Below, in pieces: positions 25,539 to 40,031 of a stretch of 64,000 nucleotides of DNA. Positions within the stretch are counted from its first letter, which is position 1, and each line of letters begins with the position of its first letter. The notes beneath the pieces are model-generated. The model was not told the DNA's origin. It made no database searches and saw only the letters and a list, made by a program, of their open reading frames with translations. This DNA comes from Takakia lepidozioides (lineage: Eukaryota; Plantae; Bryophyta), in assembly GCA_030704615.1 (NCBI GenBank), contig CM060734.1, forward strand, positions 6,882,001 to 6,946,000, in the 5' to 3' direction. A program made the translations under genes and the position numbers.

Positions 25539-28500
25539 CTAATCAACTTGAACATCATCATCCAGAGCTTCTTCATCCTCATCAAGCTGCAAGTCTTCTT
25601 GGTCATCAGAGTCATCGTCATAAATGGCCCGGCCCTCAAAAGACACCTCCGAATCATCCTCCACCTCGTTGTCAATGGCCGTGTCTTCATCTCCTTGTCC
25701 AACATCCGTATCTTCTGGAGCTTCATCATATAGGGTCCGGGATGCATTCTCCGGGGTGTCATCATCATCTTCTACCCCCTCTACCCAACCTCCATCATCG
25801 GTATCATTATGACCACCGTCCCTCCACCACAATTGCCTCACCCCATAGAGATCCAGGACCATGATAGATACGTCTTCCTCTTGGTTGAGCATGCACAACC
25901 ACCTTCCAATTTCCCCCTCTTGTTTTGTCATCTGAGAATAAAACTTGCTCCATGTCTGAAGGCCGTGCAAAAAGCTCATCGAAGGGACGATGAGTAGGGT
26001 TGAGTCTATCTGCATTGACGTGCATGAAACCACAATCATCTCGCACTAGTGTTGCGGAGGGCCCCACAAGATGTGGCTAGAACCACCTTCCCTTGAAGAG
26101 AAGAGGCCGGTACCTTGTATACTGAAGTTGGAGTACGCTCTCAAGCTCTCCAATGTACTCAAGCTTGCTCATAGCCCTTGCCCCACATGGAGTCTTGCCA
26201 ATATGTGGCACACAAGCCAGAACCAAACGTTGTTTTGCGCTTCATGTCAAGAGCACAAATGTGGAAATGACGACTGTGATCCCAAACCGCCGTGTATGAG
26301 GTCGTGAATTGAGAGGGGCCCCTTGCAAGGTCTTGCACCAAATCTGAAACCACCTCACCTTGAGAAACGACGTCATAAACTGAAGTCTTGAGCCACTGTT
26401 GGAATGAACTTAAAGGCTACAATTCCACGGGCAAATCTTGTGAAGGAACATTCCGGCAGCCCGCTCCTCGTCAACGGCGTCTAGTAACCGGCCTTGGATG
26501 GTTCCGCCTCCATGCAGGCGTCTCCTCCTCTCGTTGTTGAACAAGGTTATTGTATCTTGCCTCCCACTCATGTATGGATGAGGTGTTCTTCAGTATGAAG
26601 TCATGCGCTTGCTCAATAACCAAGGTCGGCAATTTTACCCTCTTCGATTTTTTGGGCAAAATGATGTCCTTGGTTCGTGCATCCTCCTCTTCCTTCCACA
26701 TCCGAGAGGCTTCCTCATCCACCTTTGCCATGTATTCCATGCAATAGAACATATAGCTTCTTGCAATGTATACCCCTCCGCCATGCTACCCTCCGGGTGC
26801 GCCATTTGTCTTACAAATGCTTTCGAAGTCTTCATGTAACGCTCAAGAAAGTACATCCACCGAGAATGAACGGGGCCGACAATCGAAGCCTCTTCCACTA
26901 AGTGCACTACCAAGTGCACTTGGATGTCAAAGAAGGAGGGATGAAGGTTCATCTCCAACATACACATTACCTCCGCCGCCTCCTTCTTCATGCGTGGAAA
27001 ATCCGCTTCCTCCAACTTTTTGGAGCAAATCCACCGGAACAAGCCTCCCAATCTGTAGATTGTCTCGCGGAGTCAATGTCCCACGTACTACAATGGGCAA
27101 GATGTCTTGCAAAATATTGTGGTAGTCATGAGACTTCAAACCATGGACCCCGTCTTCGTTGAACTTCATACGGAGGGATGACCCATAACCAGTTGGTGTT
27201 CAGGCAACACCTATGGTGGCTATCACATTCTTGTATTCCTCCTTTGTCCATTGCCAAGGTGCGCGCCTATACTTCCACCGTACAACACCCTTTGGGTCCA
27301 TACCATTTTGTTCGGCCCATAGATGGCGCATGCGACCCTGTTCCTCAAGCTCTTTTCTAATACCGAGAGAATCTCCTTTTGCAGCCACTCCCTTCTTTAC
27401 CGGCGTGCCATGAAGAACCCGAAAAATGGACGAGCAGACATTCTTCTCAATATGCATGGGATCTAGAAGATGGCGAATCTTCAAGTCCTACATATATCCC
27501 CACCCACAAATACTTACACAAATATTTTGACGTGAAAGTGACGGCAGTGGGGTTAGCCTCGTGAAGTGGATGCAGAAGACTGGGGACCTGCAGAATTGTT
27601 TTCTTATGTTTGATCATGTGATGCATACCAAATGTGCAATATCACATGCATGCATACCTCCATGTTTGTGAATCTTGTGGCCCGCACACCTTTCCCGGGG
27701 GGCTCCGATGCGAGGCGTGCCATCTCATCAGTGTTGCCAACTCCGGGCTTCAGTAGTGTGCCTTCAATCGCAGGATGAACGGAAAGTAATGCATTTTCTA
27801 GGATGAAATACCCCACGTCCCCCACATATAATCATCCCATTAGGACACATAATACAACACCCTTATGTCTTTCCCTTTATACAACATCTCCCTCATTTGG
27901 GCGTGAATGGTCAAAACTGAACGTCGCTAGTATTACTCACTCCTTCCAAAGCCACAATCAGATCTTGCATGAGTACTACTCTCTAAACCCTAAACTTTGT
28001 GGAATAGACGTGACATGCATTGACAAGATTAAAAAAGAAAATTTCCATGCGAGGGGGAATGACGCTTATACATTGTGTGGTACTTTTTTCCTTTAGACAT
28101 CATCCCGATATCGGTCTTTCTTGCACTTTGGGCACTTGGTGAGACGCAAATCCTCTCCGTACTATAGGGTTTTATCACATGGACATGCATGAAAAATCTT
28201 ATAGCCCATCCCCAAGACTTTGCGCGCCTCTTTCCGCGACCGTGACATCTTGGGTTTCAAGTGTGGAGCAAGGATATAGTCCGCAATAGTTCGCATTATA
28301 GCAGACATCCCAACATTACTTATGCCAAATCGAACTTGAAGATTGAGCAATAGTAAGATTGTTGAAAGTCGACTCACTTTCGCCCCTTCGTGCAAATGAG
28401 TTCTCGCCTCCCTCTCCATGTCATTTGAGAGGCCCATTTCAGGATCAGCGATTGGCCTGGTTTCTTCTTCATGGGTTGCATCAGCACCTATATGATGCAT

Positions 28501-28751
28501 TAAGAGATCCTCCATAGCTTGCACATCCTCCTGGTTATTTCCATCCTCACTGCTGCTATCACTGTCACTGTCATCGTCATCATCGTTCGGTACTTGATCC
28601 ATGGTGGGGCGACGTCTCGCCCACGGCTCCCACCTAATGTACTTGGGCTGTTTTCAGATGGGGTCCCCCAAGAAAGCACCGGGAAGGGATGGACAAAGTC
28701 CTGATACGAACAAATGAACATACATGCATATATTATAATGTGTCCTTGCAA
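25539..28751 (-). pseudogene. CACTA TnpD-like transposase (DUF4218/DUF4216 regions retained; catalytic core apparently deleted)
   Basis: YKIFHACPCD..CPKC; IRHLLDPMHIEKNV; GLKSHDYHNILQDILP; PSFFDIQVHLVVHLVEE..GPVHSRWMYFLERYMK; PEGSMAEGY; NWKVVV. Multiple frameshifts. Confidence 0.9.
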
Positions 28752-29973
28752 CCATACAACTTATTATAATCGAAATGCAAACAACAACCTTCAATGTGTG
28801 CATGCATCAAATATGTCATTCAATAATTACATATATGTGCGCAACGTCACGCATGCAAAGTTTCAAACCCAAACAAAATCATTTGCCCCCCCAAGGACGC
28901 GTTCACCCTATCAACCAATTTTTGTTTACTAATGTGAAAGAAAATCTTCTGATGCCATTACACCCATCAAACGGATGTGGCTCAAGCTTCACTTTTTCCC
29001 ACATGTGCTTAAATATGTGTGCAAGACCTGTGCAAAGATCCAGTAGAAAAAAAAACATTTGCCTCCCCAACGACGCACTCACCCTTGAACCAATTTTGAA
29101 TTAAATCGAATTTAAATGAATTTAAAATAAATATTTACATTTAAAAATATAGGATTGCGGTTTTGAGGGGCGTAATATTTTATTTTTGGCTCTATTTTGT
29201 TCTATGATATCGGGGTTTGCACCACTACATCCATGAAAAAAATTGGACAAAAAAAATAAAATGGAAAACAAAATGTGTGTTTATAGGGTCACTTTTGTAG
29301 AACTCTCTAGGAAGAGTGCATGAAGTTGACAATAACTCAACTTTGGAGTGCAAATGAGAGAACAAAATATGGTTCTGGGTCCAAATGACTTTTGTTTACT
29401 CCCAAATTTTTCACGCACGTTGCATATGCTGTCATTAAGCATATGGCTTGAAAATCGAATTAAAAAAAAATCATGTGCAGACGAAACGCAATTTTCCGTC
29501 TCTACGACACGTAGCTGCATTCAACACTAGAATGACCCATTGAATGAACTTGGTTCAAGCTCATATTTGGTCCACACGTGCATAAGTATGTTTCAGATCA
29601 TATACGTCGGCGCCGCACCATTTTGTTTTTCCTAAGTGCTTGAAGCACCCTCCCCGTTTTCGTTTGAGAGAGAGGTGGGACTGTGGGGCTTAGGGTGGAG
29701 GAAGCTTACCTGCATAGGTCGTTCTCTCTTGCTAACCTCTCTCTCTCTCTCCTATGTGGCAGAAACGCCGTGGAGAGGCATCCGCAAAGGAAGCGGAATG
29801 AGAGAGAGAGGCGTGGGGGAGCGGGGGAGAGAGCGCTGCAGCGGTGGGGAGACGCGCCGTTTGCAGCAGCCACGACGCCACAGCAGCAGAGGTAGGTTTT
29901 CTCCCTCTCCCTCTCTAGTTAGTTCTTTATTGTGGGGAGTGAAAAAAAAGAGGGAGAGAGAGGGAAAGAGGGG

Positions 29974-32900
29974 GAAGATATACATGTCATGTCAAGACAT
30001 GGACAAGACCGCTAAGGTCATTGTCATTGAAAGACAAAACAGCCCTTTACAGGGCACCATCTAACATTCCCTTTCATGTTTACAATCTCATTTGAATACC
30101 CCATTACATTTCAGGGTCTCTGAAAAAACAGGGTGGGAGGGTGGGATTCCAGGTCAATCATATCATGAAAGCACCATAGTTTGCACCATCATTTCAAAAA
30201 CTCATTTCAAACTCATTTCAAAAACCAGATTGCAGGTTTGGGGATATTTCCCAGAATCAAGCTCATAGCACTTCAAGTTGAAACAGCCAGCCATTCATGC
30301 CTTAAGTATTTGCAAGTAGACACAACACCTTAGCAAAACAAGTTGTGCAAACCAGATTGTAGGTCTTGGGACATTCCTCAAGACTCATGCTCAAAAACAA
30401 TTCAAGTTGAGTTTGAACAGTAAAACAAATATGCCTTAAGCATTTGCTGGTTTACATCATGTTTCCTCTTGCCCTATTGGCATGGTTCAAGACATGGTAT
30501 ATATCATGAGGCTGCATGCCAACATCCAGGTTTTGAACAAGTCTTATCCCTAGAGGCTATTGCTGGCCTGAAGGTGACGTTTCAGTGTCGTGTCACAAGC
30601 AGGAATCATAGAACAGAAGCAAGGCAAATTATCCCAAATTTGCCTGCTATCAGCCCTCAAATTCAGACTGCTATGAGAGCCATAATGAGTGTGTGTGTTC
30701 CCTAAACAAGGCGTACCTGTTTGACACAACAGAGTCAAGCTGAGAGGTTTCATTCCAAAGCTAGTTTGGTGATGTATCAATGCCAAACCACAAGCAGTAA
30801 ACAAGAAACCTATGCAAGGTTGAGTGTTCCAAAACAGATCTAGGTCTTGAGTGGTATTCTAGAACCTCCAAAGATCTGAGTTAACAAAGAAACTCAGAAG
30901 AACCCTGCCTGCAGCCAGGCCTTTAAATTGAGAGTCTTTAGCGGGCCAAGGCAACAAAATCCAGGTCTTGAGCATTTCACTTCCCTAAGAAACAGTACTG
31001 GTTTGAAGTTGATGTTTCAGAACCAAGATACAAGCAAGATTCTTAAAAAGGAAGAAGAAACAACAGGGTTGAGCCCCCTTAAGCAGGTATAGGCCTGGAA
31101 TGGTATTTTAAGGCCTCATAAAATAGCTCTGCCAAGGTGAAAGAGCAGCTCAGAAACCCCTGTTTGTTATCAAGCCATGAAACCAAAATGATATGAGGGC
31201 CTTGAAGAATGTGTGTTATCTATCAAAGCTTATCCTTTTGATCCATCAAAGTCATACCAAGAAGTTTCATTTCAGAGCCAAGTATCAAAGCAGTCAGAGT
31301 AATAACTGCTATTTTGTACCCTTGTACCCTTCATAGCTTAACTCCTACACATGCAAATGTGGTTGTAAAAAACCAGAAACAGGGGTAAGGAGAGAAGCAG
31401 ATCCTCATTGGAGCCATCTTGGAGCAGGTCTGAAGCGGCATGGTGGCAATTTGAAGCAGCAAATGGCATCAGCAGCTTAGGCAGCAGCAGTATCCACATT
31501 TGCAAGAACAGGAGCTGCAAGCTTCAAGAAATCAAGACAAGTGAAGACCCTCACCTATGCCCGTCCCAAAAACCACCACATAGCGATGTGTGTTAGTGAG
31601 GATGCAACAGGTGAGTGGCAGGTCTTCACAGTTGCTATCCATGTCAGTGTTGAATTCTAAAGCATGTACAGATCACAATTCAAGCAAGGATAAACTCAAA
31701 AAACCTTGAGTGTTTGTGGTATGCCCTGCGCCATGGCGTCCAACAGATCGTCTCCAACAGAACGCAATCAAAGTAGAAGCGTTCACAGATAGAGAATGGT
31801 TCATACAAGAAGAGAGCAACATGTAATCTGTATATAAATAGGGATAGAGTACTGCCCAACGAGGAGTAAAAGCGCCGCTGCAAAATAAAGAACCATGACT
31901 TTATGAGCAAAGCGATCATCGCTTTGTCGTCTGCCAGAGATGAATCTGCCTAACCGCCAATGCGCATCCCAAGAGCCAGCCATCACGAGTATCATGTAGC
32001 AACAGGGGAGCAGGTTTACGCGGCGCATCATCAAGGTTCACTGAAGCACGAGTTCAGTGTTGTGAAATGTGTCGGCGTGCTTAGGGCATAACTTCCCGAT
32101 TTCTCATCCAGGGTGGATGAAAAATCACATTTTATGAAGAGAAGCACATTGTCAATGGATGACATCCAATAAAAAGGTATCTTTTAGGGTTATGGTATAG
32201 GCTTAGGTTTAATAACTGCCATCATTTATGATGGTAGTTTTATTATCTCTTGGATTTTAAAATAGGTAACCATTATTCATGTAGTTCATCCAGTTTAGAT
32301 GAAAGAAATAGATGGTAAACCAAGCTTTCTGTACATTAAGTTTCATCATCCTATAATAATATCATCCAGATTTGGATGAAAAAGGTTGGGATGAAAAACT
32401 AAATAACCTCAAAAGGTTAAGGCCAGATGAAATCCAAAGAGTTATAGAGGGAGAGGGAGAGACAAGGAAAAAAAACAAAAAGGAGGTTGGGGGGGGGGGA
32501 GTGACTGAGCAGCTGCCCCCTCTCTCTCCCCGCTTAGCAGCAGCTGCTGCTCAGTCAGTCCCCCCCCCACCTTCATTTTTTTTCTTTGTTGCCCCCTCTC
32601 TCCCTCTCTCTCCCTCTCTCCCTCTCCCTCTATAACTCTTTGGATTTCATCTGGCCTTAACCTTTTGAGGTTATTTAGTTTTTCATCCCAGCCTTTTTCA
32701 TCCAAATCTGGATGATTTTATTATAGGGTGATGAAACTTAATGTACAGAAAGCTGGATTTACCATCTATTTCTTTCATCTAAACTGGATGATCTACATAA
32801 ATAATGGTTACCTATTATAAAATCCAAGAGAATAATAAAACTACCATCATAAATGATGGCAGTTATTAAACCTAAGCCTATACCATAACCCTAAAAGATA

Positions 32901-34340
32901 CATTTCTATGGGATGTCATCCATTGACAAAGTGCCTCTCTTGGTAAAATGTGATTTTTCATCCACCCTGGATGAAAAATTGGGAAGTTTTGCCCTAAGCA
33001 GGCCGACACACTTCACAGCACTGAACTCGTGCTTCAGTGAACTTTGATGATGCGCCGTATAAACCTGCTCCCCTGCTGCTACATGGTACTCGTGATGGCT
33101 GGCTCTTGGGATGCGCATTGGTGGTTAAACAGATTCTTCTCTGGCAGACGACAAAGCGGTGATCGCTTTGATCAGAAACTCATGGTTCTTTATTTTGCAG
33201 CGGCGCTTTTACTCCTTGTTGGGAAGTACTCTATCCCTATTTATCTACAGATTACATGTTGCTCTCTCTTTGTGTATGAGCCATTCTCTATCTGTGAACG
33301 CTTCTACTCTGATTGCGTTCTGTTGGAGACGATCTGTTGGACGCCATGGCGCAGGGCATACCACAAACACTCAAGGTTTTTTGAGTTTACCCTTGCTTGA
33401 ATTGTGATCTGTACTTGCTTTAGAATTCAACACTGACATAGATAGCAACTGTGAAGACCTGCCATTTACCTGCTGTATCCTCACTAACACACATCGCTAT
33501 GTGGTGGTTTTTGGGACGGGCATAGGTGAGGATCTTCACTTGTCTTGATTTCTTGAAAGCTTGCAGCTCCTGTTCTTGCAAATGTGGATTCTGCTGCTGC
33601 CTATGCTGCTGATGCCATCTACTGTTTCAAACTGCCACCATGCCGCTTCAGACCTGCTCCAAGATGGCTCCAATGAGGATCTGCTTCTCTCCTTACCCCT
33701 GTTTTTGGTTTTTTACAACCACATTTGCATGTGTAGGAGTTAAGCTATGAAGGATACAAGTATACAAAATAGCAGTTATTACTCTGACTGCCTTGATACT
33801 TGGCTCTGAAATGAAACTTCTTGGTATGACTCTGATGGATCAAAAGGATAGGCTTTGATAGATAACACACATTCTTCAAGGCCCTCATATCATTTTGGTT
33901 TCATGGCTTGATAACAAATAGGGGTTTCTGAGCTGCTCTTTCACCTTGGCAGAACTATTTTATGAGGCCTTAAAATACCATGCTAGGCCTATACCTGCTT
34001 AAGGGGGCTCTACCCTTTTGTTTCTTCTTCCTTTTTAAGAATCTTGCTTATATCTTGGTTCTAAAACATCATCTTCAAACCAAACTTGCAATCTGGTTTT
34101 TGAAATAAGTTTGAAATGAATTTTTGAGATGATGATGCATACTATGGTGCTTTCATGATATGAATGACCTGAAATCCCACCCTCCCGCCCTGTTTTTTCA
34201 GAGACCCTGAAATGTAATGGGGTATTCAAATGAGATTGTAAACATGAAAGGGAATGTTAGATGGTAAAGGGCTGTTTTGTCTTTCAATGACAATGACCTT
34301 AGCGGTCTTGTCCATGTCTTGACATGACATGTATATCTTC
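29974..34340. repeat. Giant fold-back inverted repeat (palindrome) centred at ~32530
   Basis: ORF pairs mirror each other (32372+/32442-, 31801-/33044+, 31338-/33561+). The left arm has ~760 bp (~30240-31000) absent from the right arm. A further copy of the outer end lies at ~34690-34896. Confidence 0.9.
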
Positions 34341-35394
34341 TCTCTCTCACTCTCTCTTATCTTGATGGTGGCTAAATTCTTGGTAACACCACTCAAAAAT
34401 TGCCTAACCCCTTCATTCTGTTGGGAGTCATTCCGTAGAACAGAACAGGCAAGGTATTCACCCTATATGTGCCCTTGTTTGAGTACTTGGTAACAACTTC
34501 CTTTGGGACAACTACCATGGTAGTTCAGCAGTAAGGTGACTGCTCCTTTAGCTCTTGCCTGTTCGTCTTCCGCTTCTAACCACACAAGGCAGCCTCTCTT
34601 ATGACCATATAGGGCAGATGCATTAGATTAGGACCTAGGGAAAACCCTTCCCGTTGGAGGGTGTGCATAATGGGACCAGCTTCACTTCACTATGGTGCTT
34701 TCATGATATGAATGACCTGAAATCCCACCCTCCCGCCCTGTTTTTTCAGAGACCCTGAAATGTAATGGGGTATTCAAATGAGATTGTAAACATGAAAGGG
34801 AATGTTAGATGGTGCCCTGTAAACGGCTGTTTTGTCTTTCAATGACAATGACCTTAGCGGTCTTGTCCATGTCTTTGACATGACATGTATATCTTCCCTC
34901 TCCCTCTCTCTTTTAACTTTTCTACCCCCTCTCTCCCTCTTTTTTTTTTTTTTCTCTTAAGCAGCAAAAAAGAGAGGGAGAGAGAGGGAGAGATAAGGAA
35001 ACAAAAAAATAAAAAATAAAATGGTGGGGGGGGGGGGGACTGAGCGGCTCTCTCTCTCTCTCTCTTCTGCCCCCTCTCTCTCCTCTCTGATTTTTGGTTT
35101 TTTTGTGGGGAGTGACAAAAGAGAAAGAGAGAGAGGGAGAGGGAGAGAGAGGGAGAGAGAGGGCGAGACAAGCAAACAAAAACAAAAAAGGCTGGGGGGG
35201 GGGGGGTCACTTCCCCCCCCCCACTTTTTTTTTTTTTTTTTTTTTCTTGCACCCTCTCTGGTGGGGCGGAGCTGAGAGCAGCAGCACTTGCTGCTCTCAG
35301 CCCCCCACATGTTTTTTTTTTTTTTTTGGATCTGGAATGTAGAGATTGTTTCTTGGTGAGGCTAACTTTTGGGTTTGCATGACAGGTGCCAGGC

Positions 35395-36450
35395 TTATGG
35401 GGAAAGAGAAGAAGTCCCGTGCCCCAAAGAAAGGGGCGGAGAACCTATTTGCTCTTCCGGCACGTGTGAAGCGGGCTGGTGTCTCACGGTTAACCAGCCC
35501 CGTCGACAGCCGCAGCCGGAGGGCTCCTCTGCCCCCTGAGGCCAGCCCCCCCCCCCCCCCCCTCTTGTCCTCGTCTTGGATTCGCCAGGGGCCGACTCAG
35601 CCACCTCTCCTATTCGGGAGGTTGTTGCTGGGCTGGATGCTCAGTTGAGCACACCCCCGGCCACCAAGACGGGTGAGATGTACCTTGGCAAGTGCATCAC
35701 CCATTCGGGGGCCCGGTTCGGGCAACTTTTGGATGTCACCCCTATACAGACCCCTTCCTCCGCAACGAAGGCTGCACTTGCCAAGGCCCAAGGTCAGGTT
35801 GAAGGGCCTCGGGAACTGGCGGTTCCTAGCCCAATGTTGATCATGAGGGAGGAGTTGACGAGGAGGGCCAATGAGGAGGCCGAGATAGCGAAGCGCCTCG
35901 GGGGAGGAGGAGCTACGGGCCGGTTTGGAGCGGCCTAGCCGATCAGCGATGCCGCCCCCTCAGCCTGAGCGGTCAGCAAAGAAGGGCCTGGACTACGGGG
36001 TGCCAGCGGCGGCTATGGTCGGCATCTGGAACCTACTTCTAGCGGCGCTCCGGGAGGGGATAGCGCGGGGACTTCTGGCAGCGGGGACTCCCGCCACATC
36101 GGGTGACACCGGGGCCGATTCGGCCAAGCTTGCAAAGGTACAACCGTCGCACCTTGCCCATTCCATGTTTTGTCATTTCCTTTGCATGCATGTATTTCTT
36201 TCTTGTTTGTTTCTTTTTTTGAATTTGGGGGGGTTATTCGTCTTCAGGAGGCAGAGACATTCTTGGCCGGTTGGGTGCACTCCTATGGGGTTGCCAATGA
36301 GGCAGAGCATATGGTGTTGATGAAGGACCCGAACACCAAAGGTAAGAAGAAGAGGCCTTGACCTCTCAAGGTCCCTTTTACCATCAATGAAGGGGCTGCC
36401 GAGGAGAGAGAGAGGAGGGAGAGGGACATCGAACGCCAACCTCGTCGCCA
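35395..36450 (+). pseudogene. Spliced, frameshifted ORF of unknown function inside the CACTA element
   Basis: Co-directional GC-rich ORF pieces (35346, 35576, 35925) with a GT-AG intron at ~36138-36247. No recognisable domain. Confidence 0.35.
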
Positions 36451-37978
36451 ATTGTGTTCTCCTTTGGCAGAACGCACCTCAATAGAGACCCCCACATCAC
36501 TTGTCGGGAGTCTCAGCTTCCGTGTCGTTGCCGGTGTCATGAAGGAGTGCGACGCTCCTGTGTCCACCAACAACGACACGTTAGTTCCGGAAACTATCCC
36601 ACTCACGAACAATAACTGACTCCCTTTACGTAGGGCGCCAGTTTCCTGATACAACTCACAAGAGTAGTTGCTTACCTTGCAAGTCTTGGCGACCACCGCC
36701 TCCACCAAGCGGTTGATGGAATCTTTGGACAACTTCGTGGTTGCCCGAGTCATGTTCAATTGTTGGGGTTTTGTGCACTTCTTGGCCATGTGCCCGGGCT
36801 CCCCACAATTGAAGCACACTCCATCGAAGGTCGCCTTTTGTCCGCCATAGGGTGTCGCACCTGATTTTTCTTTCGGAGCACCAGGTGTCGTCTTGGCGTG
36901 TGAAGGCCCTCCCTTCGATTTCCACGTGCCATTGTCGCCGCGTGGCCTATCCCACTTCTTTTCCGGTCGAAAGGAGTTACCCTCCCGCTGGGTCTTCTTG
37001 TGGTTCAGCTCCGTACGGCCTTGACTTTCGCCCCTAGGGACATCCGAGAAACATTCAGCCCTCTCGATTGCCTCGTTCAAAGTCTTAGGTGGCTTCTCCT
37101 CCAACTTTCGCCTGGCCCACTGAACAAAACCCCGAATGTCATCCGTTTGCTTCAAATTCCTCATCTTGTCCCGGGCGAGCCAGGACGCGTTGAGGGGCAC
37201 AAACTGTCTCTTCATAAGCTCCTTGAACCCACTCCAGTTCAAGGTTTCCGGGTTTGGACCTCGGTCGTGAAGGCGTTTCTGCCACCATTGTTGAGCATAG
37301 CCCCTCAAATAGGTGGGAGCCACTTCCACCCGATCCTCGTCACTCAACTTGGCCGCCCGAAAGTACTGCTCTAGCTCCAAGAGCCAGGTGTTGAGTGCCT
37401 TCCGATTTCGGACACCCTCGAAGGTGCCGGGTTCTTTAGGCTTCACCTTAAACTTTGCCTTAGTAGAAGTGGCATTAGCCGCCTTCAACATGTCTTTCAA
37501 TGTCCCACCAAACTGCGCCAACAACCCTTCCCAAAAGGCTGCTGGCATGGGAGGCATCTGTTGGTCTGTCGGAGCTCTCAGAGATTCCTCGGGCTCCGAA
37601 TCCTCAGATTCCTCCCGTTCTTGAGGCCGAGCAATGAGCTGAATGCTTTGCGCACAAGGGTTCAGTAGACTGACCCTGGGACCTACACGGAATAGGACTA
37701 CTCATCCTCATCCTCATCCTCATCGTCAGAGGAGGAGTCATAGCTATCCGATGAGCCTGATGACTCCGCGCCCTTTGCCTGAGCACATAAACCAGGCGGC
37801 ATTCCCCTAACTCCCACAGAGCTCTCATATAATCCCTGGCCATGACGACTCCCCCCCCCCCCCCCTCAGCCATACTAGTGCCCTGTAGTGCACTCATCCC
37901 CTCCGTCTTGGCCATGTTGGTCATGAGGGATTGCCAACCATGTTCCTTGGCGTAGTCGTACTCTACCGGAGATGACAA
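36450..37978 (-). mobile_element. Truncated Ty3/Gypsy fragment: gag, zinc knuckle, protease
   Basis: KPKEPGTFEG..WLLELEQYF..YLRGYAQQWW; CFNCGEPGHMAKKC; LLVDTGASHSFM. Breaks off before RT. Confidence 0.85.
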
Positions 37979-38344
37979 CCTCTCAAACGTGGTTTCCTAC
38001 ACATGCCACAAATTAAAGTCAGTTTCTCACGATGATGGAGCCAGAAAGAACATAACAAAATACATAGGGAAGTATGACTTACAAATCAGAGGATAAAACC
38101 CCTCGATCCGCCGGGGCCCCATTTGTGTGTGGATTCGTGCTTCTCAAGGCGGATTGTTGTTGCTTCGCGTGCCCTTTGAAATTTATCCTTGTTTGCCGCA
38201 TCGTTCTCTCCCGCAATGAGCGCATCCCACGATGTCTATGCCCCCCCCCACAATTAGTGAATTACACACATACGTTGCATCGAATCCACCTCAATTAATG
38301 CACATGCAATAAATGGAAGGTGAAATGATTCAAGGATTTGCCAA

Positions 38345-38980
38345 CCTGTGAAATTCCAAAAGGTGGTTTGGGTGTGACCCCCTTTTCCATTGCCCTCCGA
38401 ATCCTTTGTCTGGCACGATACCTCATGTTCTTCAAGTTCTGCCCCACCATCTCCATCACCCTTGTCTCACTCCAATTGCCCGGAAACCGGCGGTCTAGCT
38501 CACGGGCATACTTGCGCTTCTGGCCATAGTGCTGATCACCCCACTCGATGTGCCAAGGGAACCACGCCGCTGCGAGTTTGAAGGCTGGCCCCTTCATAGC
38601 CGCCCAAAACGCACCGCATGGGTCACCATGCTTATTGACCTCCACCGGTGGCACAACGATCTTTGCCAAGGCCACCTCCTTTATCCCCCGGGATTTCTTC
38701 TTCTTCTTCCCACCCTCTCCCTTCTTTGCAAGCTCCTTCCCCACCTCCTTTGTTATCCCACTGCCTTCCCCCGCACGCACCCACCCCGTCATCTCCATGG
38801 GACTTCTTCCTCTTCTTCTTTTCCTTCCCCTTCTCCACGACTACCTCCTTTTGTCGCGGCCCTTTGCCTTGAGGGCAGGGGGTCGGGACGCAGAGGGGCT
38901 GCCCCTACGGTGGGGGCGGTGGCAGTAGTAGGTACGGGGGGATTGAAACCCAAGGCACTCAAGGAGGCGAAGGCGCTCAC
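38345..38980 (-). pseudogene. CACTA TnpA/Ptta-like second ORF fragment
   Basis: VEVNKHGDPCGAFWAAMKG..WFPWHIEWGDQ..RRFPGNWSETRVMEMVGQNLKNMRYRAR..KPPFGIS, located near the CACTA end. Confidence 0.5.
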
Positions 38981-40031
38981 TGGGTGGAGCCCCGCACACC
39001 GGTTTCTATCTTATTCATGTGTCGTATCGGCCTCACCCTCGATTCATGCTTGCTTGAATCAATGCAATAAACAAAATTGAGTACATGTTAAATCAGAGCA
39101 ATGGAAGCTCTAACGTCTTCCAACACCCAAGAAAGAAACCAGGGAAAAACCCTAAATCACCCCCAATTCACCCCCCAACCACCCGGATTGCCACCCCAGG
39201 GCATCGCTTGGGCCAGCGTCCTTGCCCTTGTGCGACGCCCGGGCGTGGCACAACCGTCCCCGGGGCGTCACTAATCGGATGTCGCATAAATGCGACGGAT
39301 GGGGGTTGCAAGCTACTACCCCCCTCCAGTGACGCCCCGCCGTCGCTTCTTGGCCATCCAGGGCGCTGGCGGGGGCCTCCTTCTAGCCACGCCCGGCCGT
39401 TGCTACTATCCCGACGACGGCGTTGGTTAGGGCAACAGCTCGGCATGGCAACCAATTTTTTTTTCTCCATTCTCGGACTAAAAAAACACCACGTGGCGGA
39501 GGGGGGGTTAGGCTCAGCCACCCAGTGGCGTCGCTGCCAGACATACCCCGGCGTCGTATGAGGAGACCCCGTCGCCACAGTGCAGTCGCCCAGTGTGACG
39601 CCGGGGCGTGGTTACTTGCGACGCCCGGGTGGCTGGGTGCCATTTTTTTACAAAAAACAAACAGGTGGGGGAGGCCTTGTGTTGGGCACAGGGACGCCGA
39701 GGCGTCGCAGCTAGCCCGGACGTCGCACAAACGAAAAACCCGTCGCGCGGGGGGGGGGGGGGGGGGGGGGGGTCGGTCCCGGCTTTGCCACTATGTTGCT
39801 ACTAGCCACGCCCGGCCGTGGCTAGTTGTGACCCCCATCCGTGGCAAGCCTAAAAAACCCGTCGGCTGCGCCCCTGCCTCAAAAGCGGCGTTTAGTGACG
39901 TCACGGCGTGGCTGCGGCGTTGCCGCGACGTCACTGACACCCCCCCCTCTTTTCCTGTAGTGTGGGTGCAATACTTGTCCTTCTGTTTTAAATTCTTACA
40001 TGATTTCGTGCATCCATTTGCACTCCTGCAG

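Larger units (their letters stand above)
23022..39962. mobile_element. CACTA (En/Spm) DNA transposon, 16.9 kb, non-autonomous or decayed, with cargo and nested insertions
   Basis: Starts CACTACtgcaaaaaggggggg; ends ccccccctcttttcctGTAGTG. 3-bp TSD TGG on both sides (23019-21 and 39963-65). GC-rich subterminal repeats at 23022-23430 and ~39180-39962. Confidence 0.92.

Noticed and set aside
34854-35342. ORFs in the low-complexity tract
   Set aside because: They arise from homopolymer and GA/CT runs; no coding signal.
39085-39962. Long GC-rich ORFs (e.g. 39423..40457, and 23024..23371 at the other end)
   Set aside because: They overlap CACTA subterminal repeats and are stop-poor because of GC content.
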